NCBI RefSeq assembly: GCF_006345805.1
Contig: NC_043000.1
Span: 142,786,001-142,850,000 of the forward strand
DNA from: Octopus sinensis
Taxonomy: Eukaryota
Length of the DNA: 64,000 nucleotides
Reading direction: 5' to 3'
Part shown: in pieces, positions 1 through 12,261 of the stretch
Position numbering within the stretch: position 1 is the first letter of the stretch
Layout: every line of letters begins with the position of its first letter
Translations under genes and position numbers: made by a program
Notes under the pieces: generated by a model
What the model was told of the DNA's origin: nothing
What the model saw: the letters and a program-made list of their open reading frames with translations, nothing else
Databases searched by the model: none

Positions 1-559
1 TTGTGTTTATATATATATCTGTGTGTGTGTGTACATACATACATATATATATATATATGTATGTATATGTATATATACATGTATATATGTGAATGTGTGT
101 GTATGTATATGTATGTATACACTGCTTATTGTATACGTTGTACTTGTGGTTGCTTATAGGACTGAGATCAGGGTTCTTTAGTTCACTATCGTGCAACAGG
201 TAAATTGTTCATTTCGAATCATTTCAAAGCAAGATCAAAAACATTTAAATTTCTTCTTTGCGATATATTGTATGCTAACGATGGTGTTCGCATGTAAACT
301 GGAACAAGCGCTTCAATATCTTATGATCTACTTCTTCAGTACCCGTAAAACTGCCGCACTTACTAAAAGCATGAAAAGGTCAAAAATAAAGTATGCACCT
401 GTTCCAGAAGATACTAATGTAGAATGCAATATACTTGTCTGAAGGACTGGACTTGGTCTTATGGGTTGTTTTGTGTATCTTATCTTGGCAGTTATGTCTC
501 CATGAATGAATCCGCAGTCTTAGGGGGGAAAAATTGAAGATTGAGAAGGTTTCACTTAC

Positions 560-612
560 GTTTCGATATCGGGAACGGTAGCGCGGCGGAGCAACGGGCG
601 ACCGGCGCAGGC
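560..612 (-). CDS. Candidate 53-bp internal exon (GC-rich), frame unresolved: ACAGRPLLRRATVPDIE(T) or LRRSPVAPPRYRSRYRN
   Basis: Minus strand: pyrimidine tract, then ...GCGGCAG|GCCTGC...ATCGAAAC|GTAAGT (consensus donor). GC/CpG-rich island in an AT-rich background; all three frames open. Confidence 0.4.
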
Positions 613-744
613 CTGCCGCTTACGTTTTGGGATACGGAAAAAAGAGGACGGTAAGGCAGGAACATGAAACCGTTAAGTCAGCTTTACATCTATGTGGCTT
701 GTGTCTTCACATACCAACGATACATATTTGAGATAGGAAACTCG

Positions 745-1090
745 TTAGGACACTATCAGATTACGTGAGTGATTTCAAAAGATGTGTCTCTAAGATGTAT
801 ATTAAACAAAAGTTGGAAATCTTTTCCACCTAACACAGAAGTGTTGAAAAAATCAGGTTGTCTTAGTATGGAAGCTCACCAAAATAACTTATGTTTAGTC
901 ATGTCATCCTTTATGACGGTTCCAGGCTCCTGTAGATAACTCTTATGATATATTAGGAAGCAACCCCAGGATAAACCAATAGATTTTGTGTCATCAGAAA
1001 ACAAAAGCAACTATAAATTCTAGAAATCAGCACTACTCATTGAGAACCTCATTCAGTTAAGAGAAGCGAAAGACGATCTATTACGAAGAA
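745..1090 (+). mobile_element. Degenerate 3' end of RTE-clade LINE ORF
   Basis: Broken translation includes SWKSFPPNTEVLKKSGCLSMEA, resembling the RTE C-terminal W..V.N.EVL...G..S.E motif; stops and frameshifts present. Confidence 0.45.
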
Positions 1091-1236
1091 AAATAGCCTT
1101 CAGTTTCAGAAAATTGTAATTGCCCACCAATTAACGAAACATAATACTTAACTACTGCATTATACTATCGAAAGCCACACATGTCATCATGAAATATCAT
1201 AGATCAGGAGACTAACACAGTTAGCTTACATGCATT

Positions 1237-1468
1237 TAAGGCTCCGAGCTGGCAGAAACGTTAGCACGCCGGGCGAAATGCTTAGCGGTATTTCGTCTGC
1301 CGCTACGTTCTGAGTTCAAATTCCGCCGAAGTCGACATTGCCTTTCATCTTTTCGGGGTCGATTAAATAAGTACCAGTTACGCACTGGGGTCGCTATAAT
1401 CGACTTAATCCGTTTGTCTTTCCTTGTTTGTCCTCTCTGTGTTTAGCCCCTTGTGGGTAGTAAAGAAA
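1237..1468 (+). mobile_element. tRNA-derived SINE, family A (GGCGGCGAGCTGGCAGAA head; central GCCTTTCATCCTTTCGGGGTCGATAAA resembles the Nin/Deu domain)
   Basis: Pol III A/B-box-like motifs (TGGCAGAAACG; GAGTTCAAATTCC); 15-bp TSD TAGCTTACATGCATT at 1222-1236 and 1469-1483; many copies in this window. Confidence 0.9.
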
Positions 1469-1993
1469 TAGCTTACATGCATTCAGTTCCAACAATATTA
1501 GCAGAGTGCTTATATTGTTGTCCTTATATCCAAATGTGCTACTCGATTAAAGATCTGTTTTGAACGAATGTACAAATGCAGAGCTGCTGCTAGAGTGACT
1601 CTTGACAAGAGTGCATTACACGTGTAACAAAAACAATTCAAATGTAATCAAAGCTTGGTAGTCAACTGAGGACCCATGATTGAAATTCAGTCATTGCAGA
1701 CATATACCTGATGCAGAGATATATTGTCAGAGAAAGAGGAATACAGAGGAAAAGATAGAGATAAAGCAGTGTTGCAATATGTACAAGTGTGTTTGAGAGT
1801 ATATACGTCCGAATGCGAATATGTATGTGCTCGTATATATTTTATATAACTTTATTCGTTTGACTTACGAGACTCCAACCACGTTGGGGTTCCTTGAAGT
1901 GTTAATCGATCAAACTACATACATTACTCATGCTTTCCTGATACTTTTTCCCTCGGTTGCCAAGTGATGAGATATAAAAGTACAAAGATACAA

Positions 1994-2296
1994 GTTAGCA
2001 AGTTGGCAGAATCGTTAGGACATCGGACAATGTCATGCTGTTTTTCATCCGACTTTTAAGAAAAAAGGCGGCGAGTTGGCAGAACCGTTAGCACGCCGGG
2101 TGAAATACGTAACCGTATTTCGTCTGCCGTTACGTTCTGAGTTCAAATTCCGCCACGGTCGACTTTGCCTTTCATTCTTTCGGGGTCGATAAATAAAGTA
2201 CCAGTTATGATCTTGGGTCGATGTAATCAACTTAATCCGTTTGTCTGTCATTGTTTTTCCTCTCTATGTTTAGCCCCTTGTGGGCAATAAAGAAAC
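1994..2296 (+). mobile_element. SINE family A preceded by an extra diverged head, all inside one 24-bp TSD
   Basis: TSD AGATATAAAAGTACAAAGATACAA at 1970-1993 and 2297-2320; canonical SINE starts at ~2066. Confidence 0.85.
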
Positions 2297-2529
2297 AGAT
2301 ATAAAAGTACAAAGATACAAACTAGAAAACACATATAAATACATACACATCTACTACAAACTTCCACAAGTTTCTGTCAACCAAATACACTCACAAGATA
2401 TTGGCCAGAACGGGGTACAGTGTTATATATTTGTCCGAAGTGAGGAACAGTTGGACTGAACCCGAATCCACTTGGTTACAATGAGAACTTCTTAATTATA
2501 TAGAATTGTCCATATATATATATATAACA

Positions 2530-2820
2530 TGAACAACTCACCCGTCATTAGACGACATATGAGGGTCCGGCAATTTCTTGCTGAACAACCTCACAGATGA
2601 TTTGTTTATAGTGATTAAATGTTTGTATACACATAAGCTTATTCACCCCATCAAATCGACATTATCTGTACAGATGCAGTGTGTGACAAATGTCAGATGA
2701 CGAAATGATCGCAGAGCGACGTGCAATGAAGCACTTTGCTCAAAAACACAACGCAACGCTCGGTCTGGAAATCGAACCCACGATCACGCTATCGTGAGTG
2801 CAACACTCTAACCTCTAAGT
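2530..2820 (-). mobile_element. Old tRNA-derived SINE (head related to the copy at 57010-57268)
   Basis: Shares GAAG..TTTGCTCAA.AACACAACGC...GAAATCGAA with the 57-kb copy; distal end resembles the tail of the 22.2-kb SINE. Confidence 0.6.
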
Positions 2821-2837
2821 ATATATATAATATATAT

Positions 2838-2905
<68 letters not shown>

Positions 2906-3007
2906 GGAGTAAACACATAAATGTGAAACAAGGTGGAAAAAAGAGTACTCAAATACCAGTGGTAGAGTAATATGCTTTATTTTAAGCAGCAGAAAATTCA
3001 ACAAAAT

Positions 3008-3045
3008 CTGTTACTCTGAGTTTCTCGTTACCGTTCATCAGACAG
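3008..3045 (-). ncRNA. Minimal type-I hammerhead ribozyme motif (Penelope-type)
   Basis: Minus strand reads CTGT-CTGATGA-A CG GTAA CG A-GAAA-CTC A GAG-TA-ACAG: intact core, stem I CTGT/ACAG, GUA cleavage triplet. Confidence 0.7.
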
Positions 3046-5031
3046 TTTTTGCTAGAATGGAACATATATATTAATTCAATCTATACTCTTACAAACGCTA
3101 CACCTTTAAAAAGAAATGGACTTGTTTGATTGGCCCTTTAGAAAAAAACGGTCAATCTTCGAGCGATAAACAAAAAGGTCAAAAATATGTATATATATAT
3201 ATAAAAAAACTTATAAAAATTATAAAAATTATAAAATCCGAGGAAAAAACCGAGGAAAAAACCTATTGCCGTTAATGAAGACAGTACAAATAATGCATAG
3301 AATTAAACTGTTATAAATACTGCAATACATATTTATATTAAAATCCACATATATATATCAACATACACAAAAGGATGCGCGTAAACGCCATACATACATA
3401 TACAGACGTATGAATATGAATCTAAATTATACACATAAAAGCATGTGTACATATATTCACGCAAACCGTCTCGCACGCAAGCTAAAATTCATCTATGTAG
3501 CAATTCTCATATACTGAGCAAGGAGGGGGAACGAAAGAAAGGGAAAGAGAGAAAAAGGAACGAAAGAGGGGGGGGGGAAACTTGTAGCGATGTTATTGGC
3601 ATCTATAGAGGCCAGTATACATACACAAGTTTGAATTGATACATATACATACCGTCGTGTGTATGCGTGCTTAAGCACAAGCATACTTTCACTTACACAT
3701 ACACAGATACGCATGCTTACAAATACATATGCTTTGCTATACACAAACTTATATAAACATTCTAAATTTGACAACATTGCTTTTTTTAAAAAAACATTGC
3801 TTTTAAAAAATGGGTGCATTAATAAAAATATATACGAAAGACATAAAATAAAATATAACATCCTATTTTGGGTCATTTATAAATAATCAAGGTAATATAA
3901 ATAATCAAGGTAATCCTATGCAATACAATAACATGAAAACAGAGTTTGTAGGTTTTTCCTAATATATATGTAGAAACAATAAGACTTTGCTATAGATCCG
4001 TCGTAGCGCTTAAGAGTCAAAATCAAAATGAAAAATCAAAATACAAAATATTTTGTATTTTGATTTTTGATTTTGATTTTGACTCTTAAGCGCTACGACG
4101 GATCTATAGCAAAGTCTTATTGTTTCTACAAACTCTGTTTTCATGTTATTGTATTGCATAGGATTACCTTGATTATTTATATTACCTTGATTATTTATAA
4201 ATGACCCAAAATAGGATGTTATATTTTATTTTATATGTCTTTCGTATATATTTTTATTAATGCACCCATTTTTTAAAAGCAATGTTTTTTTAAAAAAAGC
4301 AATGTTGTCAAATTTAGAATGTTTATATAAGTTTGTGTATAGCAAAGCATATGTATTTGTAAGCATGCGTATCTGTGTATGTGTAAGTGAAAGTATGCTT
4401 GTGCTTAAGCACGCATACACACGACGGTATGTATATGTATCAATTCAAACTGTGTATGTATACTGGCCTCTATAGATGCCAATAACATCGCTACAAGTTT
4501 CCCCCCCCCCTCTTTCGTTCCTTTTTCTCTCTTTCCTTTCTTTCGTTCCCCCTCCTTGCTCAGTATATGAGAATTGCTACATAGATGAATTTTAGCTTGC
4601 GTGCGAGACGGTTTGCGTGAATATATGTACACATGCTTTTATGTGTATAATTTAGATTCATATTCATACGTCTGTATATGTATGTATGGCGTTTACGCGC
4701 ATCCTTTTGTGTATGTTGATATATATATGTGGATTTTAATATAAATATGTATTGCAGTATTTATAACAGTTTAATTTCTATGCATTAATTTGTACTGTCT
4801 TCATTAACGGCAATAGGTTTTTTCCTCGGTTTTTTCCTCGGATTTTATAATTTTATAATTTTTATAAGTTTTTTTATATATATATACATATATTTTTGAC
4901 CTTTTTGTTTATCGCTCGAAGATTGACCGTTTTTTTCTAAAGGGCCAATCAAACAAGTCCATTTCTTTTAAAGGTGTAGCGTTTGTAAGAGTATAGATTG
5001 AATTAATATATATGTTCCATTCTAGCAAAAA

Positions 5032-5069
5032 CTGTCTGATGAACGGCAACGAGAAACTCAGAGTAACAG
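5032..5069 (+). ncRNA. Minimal type-I hammerhead ribozyme motif (Penelope-type)
   Basis: CTGT-CTGATGA-A CG GCAA CG A-GAAA-CTC A GAG-TA-ACAG; predicted cut after 5065; AATAAA about 30 nt downstream. Confidence 0.7.
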
Positions 5070-5518
5070 ATTTTGTTGAATTTTCTGCTGCTTAAAATAA
5101 AGTATATATATATATATATATATGTTATATATTTATATTGTGAAATTAAATACTAAATTGAATTTTCACCTGTAAGTTTGGAGTTATACTCTCTAATATT
5201 ATATATGTGTGTGTGAGTGTGTGTGTAAGTGTGTGTGGATGTGTGGGGGTGTGCGTGTGCGTGTATCTCCAAGACACCCGATCAATGGTTGTGCCAGTTC
5301 AGTACCTTCGACTGTTAATGTCATATCGGACCTAAAAAAGAATTATATATATATATATATATCGTGAGAAAGAACAATAATATATATATATATGCATACT
5401 GATAAAAAGAGGGAGGAAATAATTTTTTGTACTGAAATTAAGAGCGGTTAAGGGTTATGATTAAAAGATCCATAGAATTCGGTGTGTGTGTTTTTTAATA
5501 CAAATGGTATATAAGTTA

Positions 5519-5559
<41 letters not shown>

Positions 5560-5887
5560 TCGTAGACATGCACCGATTCATTTTGCACTCTCTACCTAGG
5601 TGTGTTCTTTTCGACGTAAAACATCTCCTCTTAATTCTAAAGGGGCGTTATATCCGAAAAGTTATACTCCTTCCAGTCTTCTTTCAGCGCCAATATTATT
5701 AATGATATCGACTGAATAGCACATGTATCTTTGCTGATTTCTTTTCATTTCATTTTCGATATTTCGCATTAGTTGTACATATGTGTGTGTTTGTACGTGT
5801 GTGTGTGCGTGTCTGTGTGTGGCTGTGTATTTTTGGCTGTGTCTTTGTATGCGCATATGCATATTCATATATACATATATCTGCATA

Positions 5888-5928
<41 letters not shown>

Positions 5929-6442
5929 GAGAGATAGAGAGAGGGTTGAGAGACTCACACACACACACTAACACACACATATATATACATACATATGTAT
6001 ATATATTTATCTATATATACATATATGTTTACAATTGTCTATACAAACACACACAACAACACACACGTACACATGTATATATACGTATGTAAATCTAGGT
6101 ACATATCTATATATATATTACACATATATACACATATATTTACATACACACACGTACACACACGTACACATGCATATATACACATGTACGTCTAGATATA
6201 TATATGCATATAAATCGTAAAGTTTTTTTCTCTTTTTTATGCATAAAATCAATAACTAATTAAAAGAACTCACTACAATTGTAGCGACAGATATTTTCAA
6301 TATTTATATTGATAGTGACTTCAAATGTTTACCAGTAGTTGGTACTATCAGGCCACCTAGAAGGTTCCTGTCTCATGACCTCAATCAGAGGTGGAGGTGG
6401 ACAATTCAAAGTCATCATCATTAAAATGATTTAAAATATGCA

Positions 6443-6496
<54 letters not shown>

Positions 6497-6499
<3 letters not shown>

Positions 6500-6780
6500 T
6501 AATTGGTAGAAATACCCGGCGTTGCCCGGTTGAAGAAAATAAAGAAATTTTTAAACGCCGTCTAGATTACGCAGGTCTCAACTGCTAGTAGTTGAGATAC
6601 CAAATGTCTATGTAATTCTGCAACCCATGCAACCCATATATATATATTAATTAGTAGAAATACCCGGCGTTGCCAGGGTCGAAGAAAATAATGAAATTTT
6701 TAAACGCCGTCTAGATTACGCAGGTCTCAACTGCTAGTAGCTGAGATACCAAATTTCTATGTAACTCTGCAACCCATGCC
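6497..6780 (-). repeat. Tandem duplication (~135 bp x2) of a Helitron-like 3' terminus
   Basis: Units 6497-6630 and 6648-6780 both carry TACCCGGCGTTGCC(C/A)GG, like the Helitron hairpins at 34.85 and 49.92 kb, plus an internal TCTCAAC..GTTGAGA hairpin. Confidence 0.65.
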
Positions 6781-7470
6781 AACATGGAACATAGACGTTA
6801 AGTGAAACGTGGAAAGAAAGTTTTCAACTTATATATGTATAGAAAGTAAATACACGTTTGTGTAACTTATCTCGTAACCCAAAAAACAAGTACAGATTAT
6901 AAACAATGAAAGGCCGTGCGTCGGGTACACACACACACACACAAACAGACAGCGAATATATCACGTTACTCTTTCACTTCTATACACACAGATATACACT
7001 CACGCCTATCAGTCCAAAAATGAAAGTGTAATACTTTAATACTGCATAGTTATACACTTCTGTATCTGACATACTATGTTTAATATCTTGCCATGTTCCT
7101 CACTGAAAATATAAAGGTTCTTTTCATCTCCAACTCTAGAACATCCGACATACAACTAACCATGTGAGAAGCAAAGTTGAAGGCGATTACGTCCCACCAC
7201 CTTTAGAGATTGACCTTGTGCTTTGTTGATAGACATTGCAAAGCCAAGTTTGACAGAAAACTGCCGTCTCTCGAAGTGAAAGGTGAAATCATTTGAGATG
7301 AGAGATATCCTTGGAATGAAGACGTTATCCATATAGAATTAAGATATAAACTCAAATTAAGCATTCATACTCATACATTTATAATTTCCACTTAAAATGC
7401 GTATACATATACTGATACATATCGATACCTATGAATATTAAAAAAAATATTAATAAAATATACTTAATAC

Positions 7471-7640
7471 GTGCAGGAGTGGCTGTGTGGTAAGTAGCTT
7501 GCCAACCGACCACATGGTTCCGGGTTCAGTCCCACTGCGTGGCATCTTGGGCATGTGTCTTCTGCTATAGCCCCGGGCCGACCAATGCCTTGTGAGTGGA
7601 TTTGGTAGACGGAAACTGAAAGAAGCCTGTCGTATATATG

Positions 7641-7675
<35 letters not shown>

Positions 7676-7895
7676 TTGTGTGTGTGTGTGTTTGTCCCCA
7701 TAGCATTGCTTGACAACCGATGCTGGTGTGTTTACGTCCCCGTCACTTAGCGGTTCGGCAAAAGAGACTGATAGAATAAGTACTGGGCTTACAAAGAATA
7801 AGTCCCGGGGTCGATTTGCTCGACTAAAGGCGGTGCTCCAGCATGGCCGCAGTCAAATGACTGAAACAAGTAAAAGAGTAAAAGAGTAAAGAGTA
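7471..7895 (+). mobile_element. tRNA-derived SINE, family B (GCAGGAGTGGCTGTGTGGTAAG head, CORE-like CTTGGGCAAGTG, internal TA/TG microsatellite, (AAAGAGT)n tail)
   Basis: Near-identical copies at 19869, 32087, 45855, 49258 and 62500. Confidence 0.9.
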
Positions 7896-7916
7896 ACTAT
7901 ATAAATATACATAAAA

Positions 7917-7978
7917 TTCCGTTTGTCTGTCCTTGTTTGTCCCCTCTGTGTTTAGCTCCTTGTGGGTAGTAAAGAAAT
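7917..7978 (+). mobile_element. 5'-truncated SINE family A (3' end only)
   Basis: TCCGTTTGTCTGTCCTTG...AAAGAAATA flanked by a duplicated TATATAAATATACATAAAAT. Confidence 0.75.
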
Positions 7979-8857
7979 ATATATATAAATATACATAAAA
8001 TACATGTAAATAAAACCCATGTGGGATACGTATGGGAGGAAATGTGAGAAAAAGAGGACTGATAAAAAGAGGGACGAAATAATTTTTTTTTTACTGAAAT
8101 TAAGAGCGGTTAAGGGTTTGGATTAAAAGATCCATAGAATTCGGTGTGTGTGTTTTTTAAATATATATGGCATATAAGGTATATAATACAGTTCGAGGAG
8201 GTTCACTTTCAACGGCCGTTTCTATAGCTCAAGTCCTGGTAGAAAAATTAGTAAATTTTACAAACCATGTGGACAACGTCGCCTTCATCAGGAAAGGTAT
8301 CCTCATAAAATTACATTCTTGATACTTTTGATTCTGATTCTTACAGAATGATGGATATATATAAAAAAGAATTTCTTTTGTTCTCTTTACGTATACAAAT
8401 GGGTGGAGAGCATGGAATGGTGGGACAAGTACATTAACCTATTGGGCCTTAATTCTGACTAAATACATCACAATGAAATTTTCAATGTACTAAGAGCTAA
8501 AAGGTTTCACGTTGCAGGCGCGCTTCCAAATTATTCAATATGTTTGGTTTTATAACTTTTCAAGAAAGTGGAATGGAATTTACGACTACGTGAGGGAATC
8601 GCAACAGAGAATTTATTTAATGTATTTAAACTATATGATCTAAGGATAATGTACGATTCTTAATTCTTATCTTTTGTCTCGGGTTCGACCCGAGCACTTC
8701 TTTTTAATAGTTCTATATATTTCGTAAGAAAGAACAATAATATTATAGACACACGCACACAAAATTGTTATCTGCTAGTTAGAAGAACATAACCATTTAG
8801 TGACAGTTAAATGTCAGCTCTACATGTGCAACTGTTTTAAGTCCAGTGAAGCTTGTA

Positions 8858-8912
8858 CAATACCACGATGGCTCTCACAAACAATACCACGATGGCTCTC
8901 ACAAACAATACC
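8858..8912 (+). repeat. 24-bp tandem repeat ACAATACCACGATGGCTCTCACAA, ~2.3 copies
   Basis: Directly visible; lies within an LTR-like segment (~8760-9228, minus strand, starting TGTAGTG). Confidence 0.85.
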
Positions 8913-11091
8913 AAAATGCCCACAGACAAGTAAATTGCAAGATGTCCGAATCAGTAAAGCAGCAGGTTTTATATACGAGTTAGCCTTCTCATAGAGAGAT
9001 GCCTTAACAAAAGCCAGGGCTCCTTCACTCCCAGAGAGCTCACTGCTCCCTCGGACACCAACCTGAGTATTTCTACATCATCTTGTCACTTATATGCTAG
9101 TTAACCTATAACTGAGACCATGAGAGGTACTACTCCACCGGGTAAGTGTAGACCTGAGAATAATGGTTCCTAAAGGGCGATTCCACACTCTCCAAAACCC
9201 TGGAACTCCTGTACCAGAGCTGCACTACAGGATGTTGTCCAAAATTATACCCAAGACAATATGTAAATATATATATTCATTATTCTTAAACAAGAATATT
9301 ATCAATAGCGACTTAGAAGTTTCAACCAGTTTAGCCATCGTCGGCAGTCCGATGTCTTTTATCTATGTGTGTGCGTGTGTGTGTGTGAGTGTGTGTGTAA
9401 GTGTGTGTGAGTGTGTGCATGGGTGTGTGCGTGTGTATGTATCACCGAGGCATCCGATCAAACGTTGTGCCAGTTCGGCACCTTCGACTGTTATTGTCAT
9501 ATCGGACCTAAGAAAGGTGAAAATTAAATTTTGGGCAGGATTTGAACTGTTTTCACATATTCAAAACAAATCCCCGGTGCACCTTGTTCTACGCTCGAAT
9601 GACTCTGTTAATTCGCCTCTCAAATAGATCTTATACAACCTGATCGTGGCAAATATTTGGAGACATTCTTTTTTAATATTTTGGTAGAACGGAATATTTT
9701 GGCAAGCTGCGACGCTTACGTTATATGAAAACTTGAAACAACCAGCCGGTATCAAATTTTGCATGAGGCTTCACGGACTAGCTACTGACCAACAGATTAT
9801 ATGCTTTTAGTAAAGATTCTTTAGGTCAAGCACAAGATTTTAAATGGTACGTGTTTCAAATTTTGTGGAACTTTGATTCATGATGATGAGCATTCATTTC
9901 AATCAAACAATCGCCAGCAAAACCCCAGAAAATATAGAAAAAGGATTGTGAACTTATACATCATTGCTGTCACCGAACAATTCATCCGCTATAAAGTCTA
10001 CAAGATATTCCACATGGAGAAGTCAACCTGCATCGAGTTGATATGAATTTATACCTCTTCTGACACTCAATCAAACTTAGAGGTGTCTTGATATGTGTTC
10101 TGAGATTTTTGCCATGTTTCTCAAAGTGAAATGTCAAAGCGAAATGTCACAATTAAGGCAATTCTGCTCCGATACAGTAAATTAAAGTTATAACAAACTA
10201 CAGACATTGGAAGGCTGTTAACGAAAGCACTTGAGGCGCAGAAAATGAACCTGGATTGTTATATACTATTCACAGGGGGATTATTTATTAGAGGGCATCT
10301 TCCCATGTATACATAATATTTCAAACATTTCATTTCGTGGCGTACTAGTGTATTTCTTTCAAGCCTGGTCCAGCAAATTTCTGATACCATCTCATTGTTT
10401 GTATGTGTGAATGAGTATATGTGATCGTGGTTGTGTATGTCTGTATGTGTTAAGTCAGTATGACTGTTTCAGTGTGTGCATTTCGTGTTAGATTTACTCT
10501 TATTTCTAAAGACACTTACACTGATTGATATATTATGGATGCTCAAATGACTGTTTGTTGCTGTTGTTGTAATTGTTTTTCTCAAAGATAATTTTTACAA
10601 AGAAAACTTATTGAAAAAAAAACTACAAAAAAATATATACCTTTCTTTTCAGAATATCGATAAATTTCTGTTCTTTGACAGTTAGTTTGTAGATAATTGA
10701 TGCCTCATCTTTTTTATTGCATCATTTCACAAATATTTCAAATTGGTTTTGTATGTTTGCTTGTTTGTTTGTTGGTTTGCTTGATTGATTGACTTTTTAT
10801 CTCCAACAACATTCATTTTGTGACGTATTCTTTTTGACTTTACTATTTTTTTATTAACTGTCTTGTATATTGTGTTTTTGTTTAGATACATTTCTCAATA
10901 TATCTGGTTGTGTATCTATACATATGGATAATTATGTATTTCTATCCATATATATGTGTGTGTGTGCGGATGTGTGTGTGTGTGTGTGTTGAGACAGAGA
11001 CAGAGAGGAAGAGTGAGAAAGTGAGAGTGTGTGTGATACATAGATATACATATATATATATATATATATGTGTGTGTTTATATGTATATAC

Positions 11092-11132
<41 letters not shown>

Positions 11133-11309
11133 ATACATAGAGAGAGAGAGAGATGTTTATGTGTATACACAATACCTACATACATTTACACACATGTACG
11201 TATATATTTAAATGTGTGTGCATTAGTATGTATATGACTATTTATATATGCGGTTATGTGTGGTTCTGTGTATGAGAGAGAGAGTGTGTGTGAGAGAGAG
11301 AGAGCGAGA

Positions 11310-11725
11310 GAGAGACTGTGTGGTAAGAATTTGCTTCTTAGCTACATTGTTCAGCGTTCGGTCTCACTGCGTGGCATCTTGGACAAGTGTTTTCTATTAG
11401 AGGCACAAGTGGACCAAATCCTAATGACTGGATTCAGGAAACGGAAACTGAATGGGACCCATTGTTTGTGTGTGTGAGTGAGTGAGTGAGTTTGTGTGTG
11501 TATGTGTCTGTGAACGTACGCTTGCGTATATATATGTATCATTGTGATTGTGCTTCAAAACCGGTGTTGGTGTGTTTACGACCGGTTCGGCAAAATTGAT
11601 CTATAGAATAAATACCAGGATTTTAAGGAATAGATAAAAATGGGATCGATTCAGTCGACTAATGTAAGCGATGCTCCAGCATGACTGCAGTCTTATGAGT
11701 GAAATAAGTAAAACATGAAAGATAA
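11310..11725 (+). mobile_element. Old, diverged SINE family B
   Basis: TGTGTGGTAAGAATTTGC...CACTGCGTGGCATCTTGG...GCTCCAGCATGACTGCAGTC match the family B modules. Confidence 0.75.
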
Positions 11726-11743
11726 TATATGTATGTATATATA

Positions 11744-11779
<36 letters not shown>

Positions 11780-12200
11780 CGCTTATGTATATGTATATGT
11801 ATATATATATATTAATTATAATAAAGGGTTAACTGCAAACAAGTTGCTCAAAACCACATACCGAAAATATTAGAAACAGCAGCCAAATAGGTCACTATTT
11901 CTACTACTAGTAAAAAAGTCTCCACAAACAAACAGAATTTGTAACCCGTATATGGTAAAGAGAAAGAAGACAACGAAATCCCAGCCTATTGGATTAATTA
12001 TGGACGAATTCGTTTCTGGATTAGAATCGAAAGTTCATTTCCTTGTCAACATAATATTTCCTATAAATCTAGAAATGCTAGGAAAAAAACTCACCCATTA
12101 CACCAACTTGACCAGGCGACATCGAACGATTTAACGGTCCGCTAGCATCTCCACATTTATATAGACAGGCGAATTCGTATCTCCCTCCAAAGTGTATGTG

Positions 12201-12234
<34 letters not shown>

Positions 12235-12261
12235 GTGTGTGTGTGTCTGTGTCTGTGTCTG

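Larger units (their letters stand above)
2975..5102. repeat. Spacer-less palindrome (~1.05-kb arms), probably a head-to-head Penelope-like terminal repeat
   Basis: 2975-4049 is the reverse complement of 4050-5102, with centre CAAAAT|ATTTTG. The ORF track shows mirror ORFs (3659+ vs 4226-, 3445+ vs 4405-). The left arm has an extra 22 bp. Confidence 0.95.
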
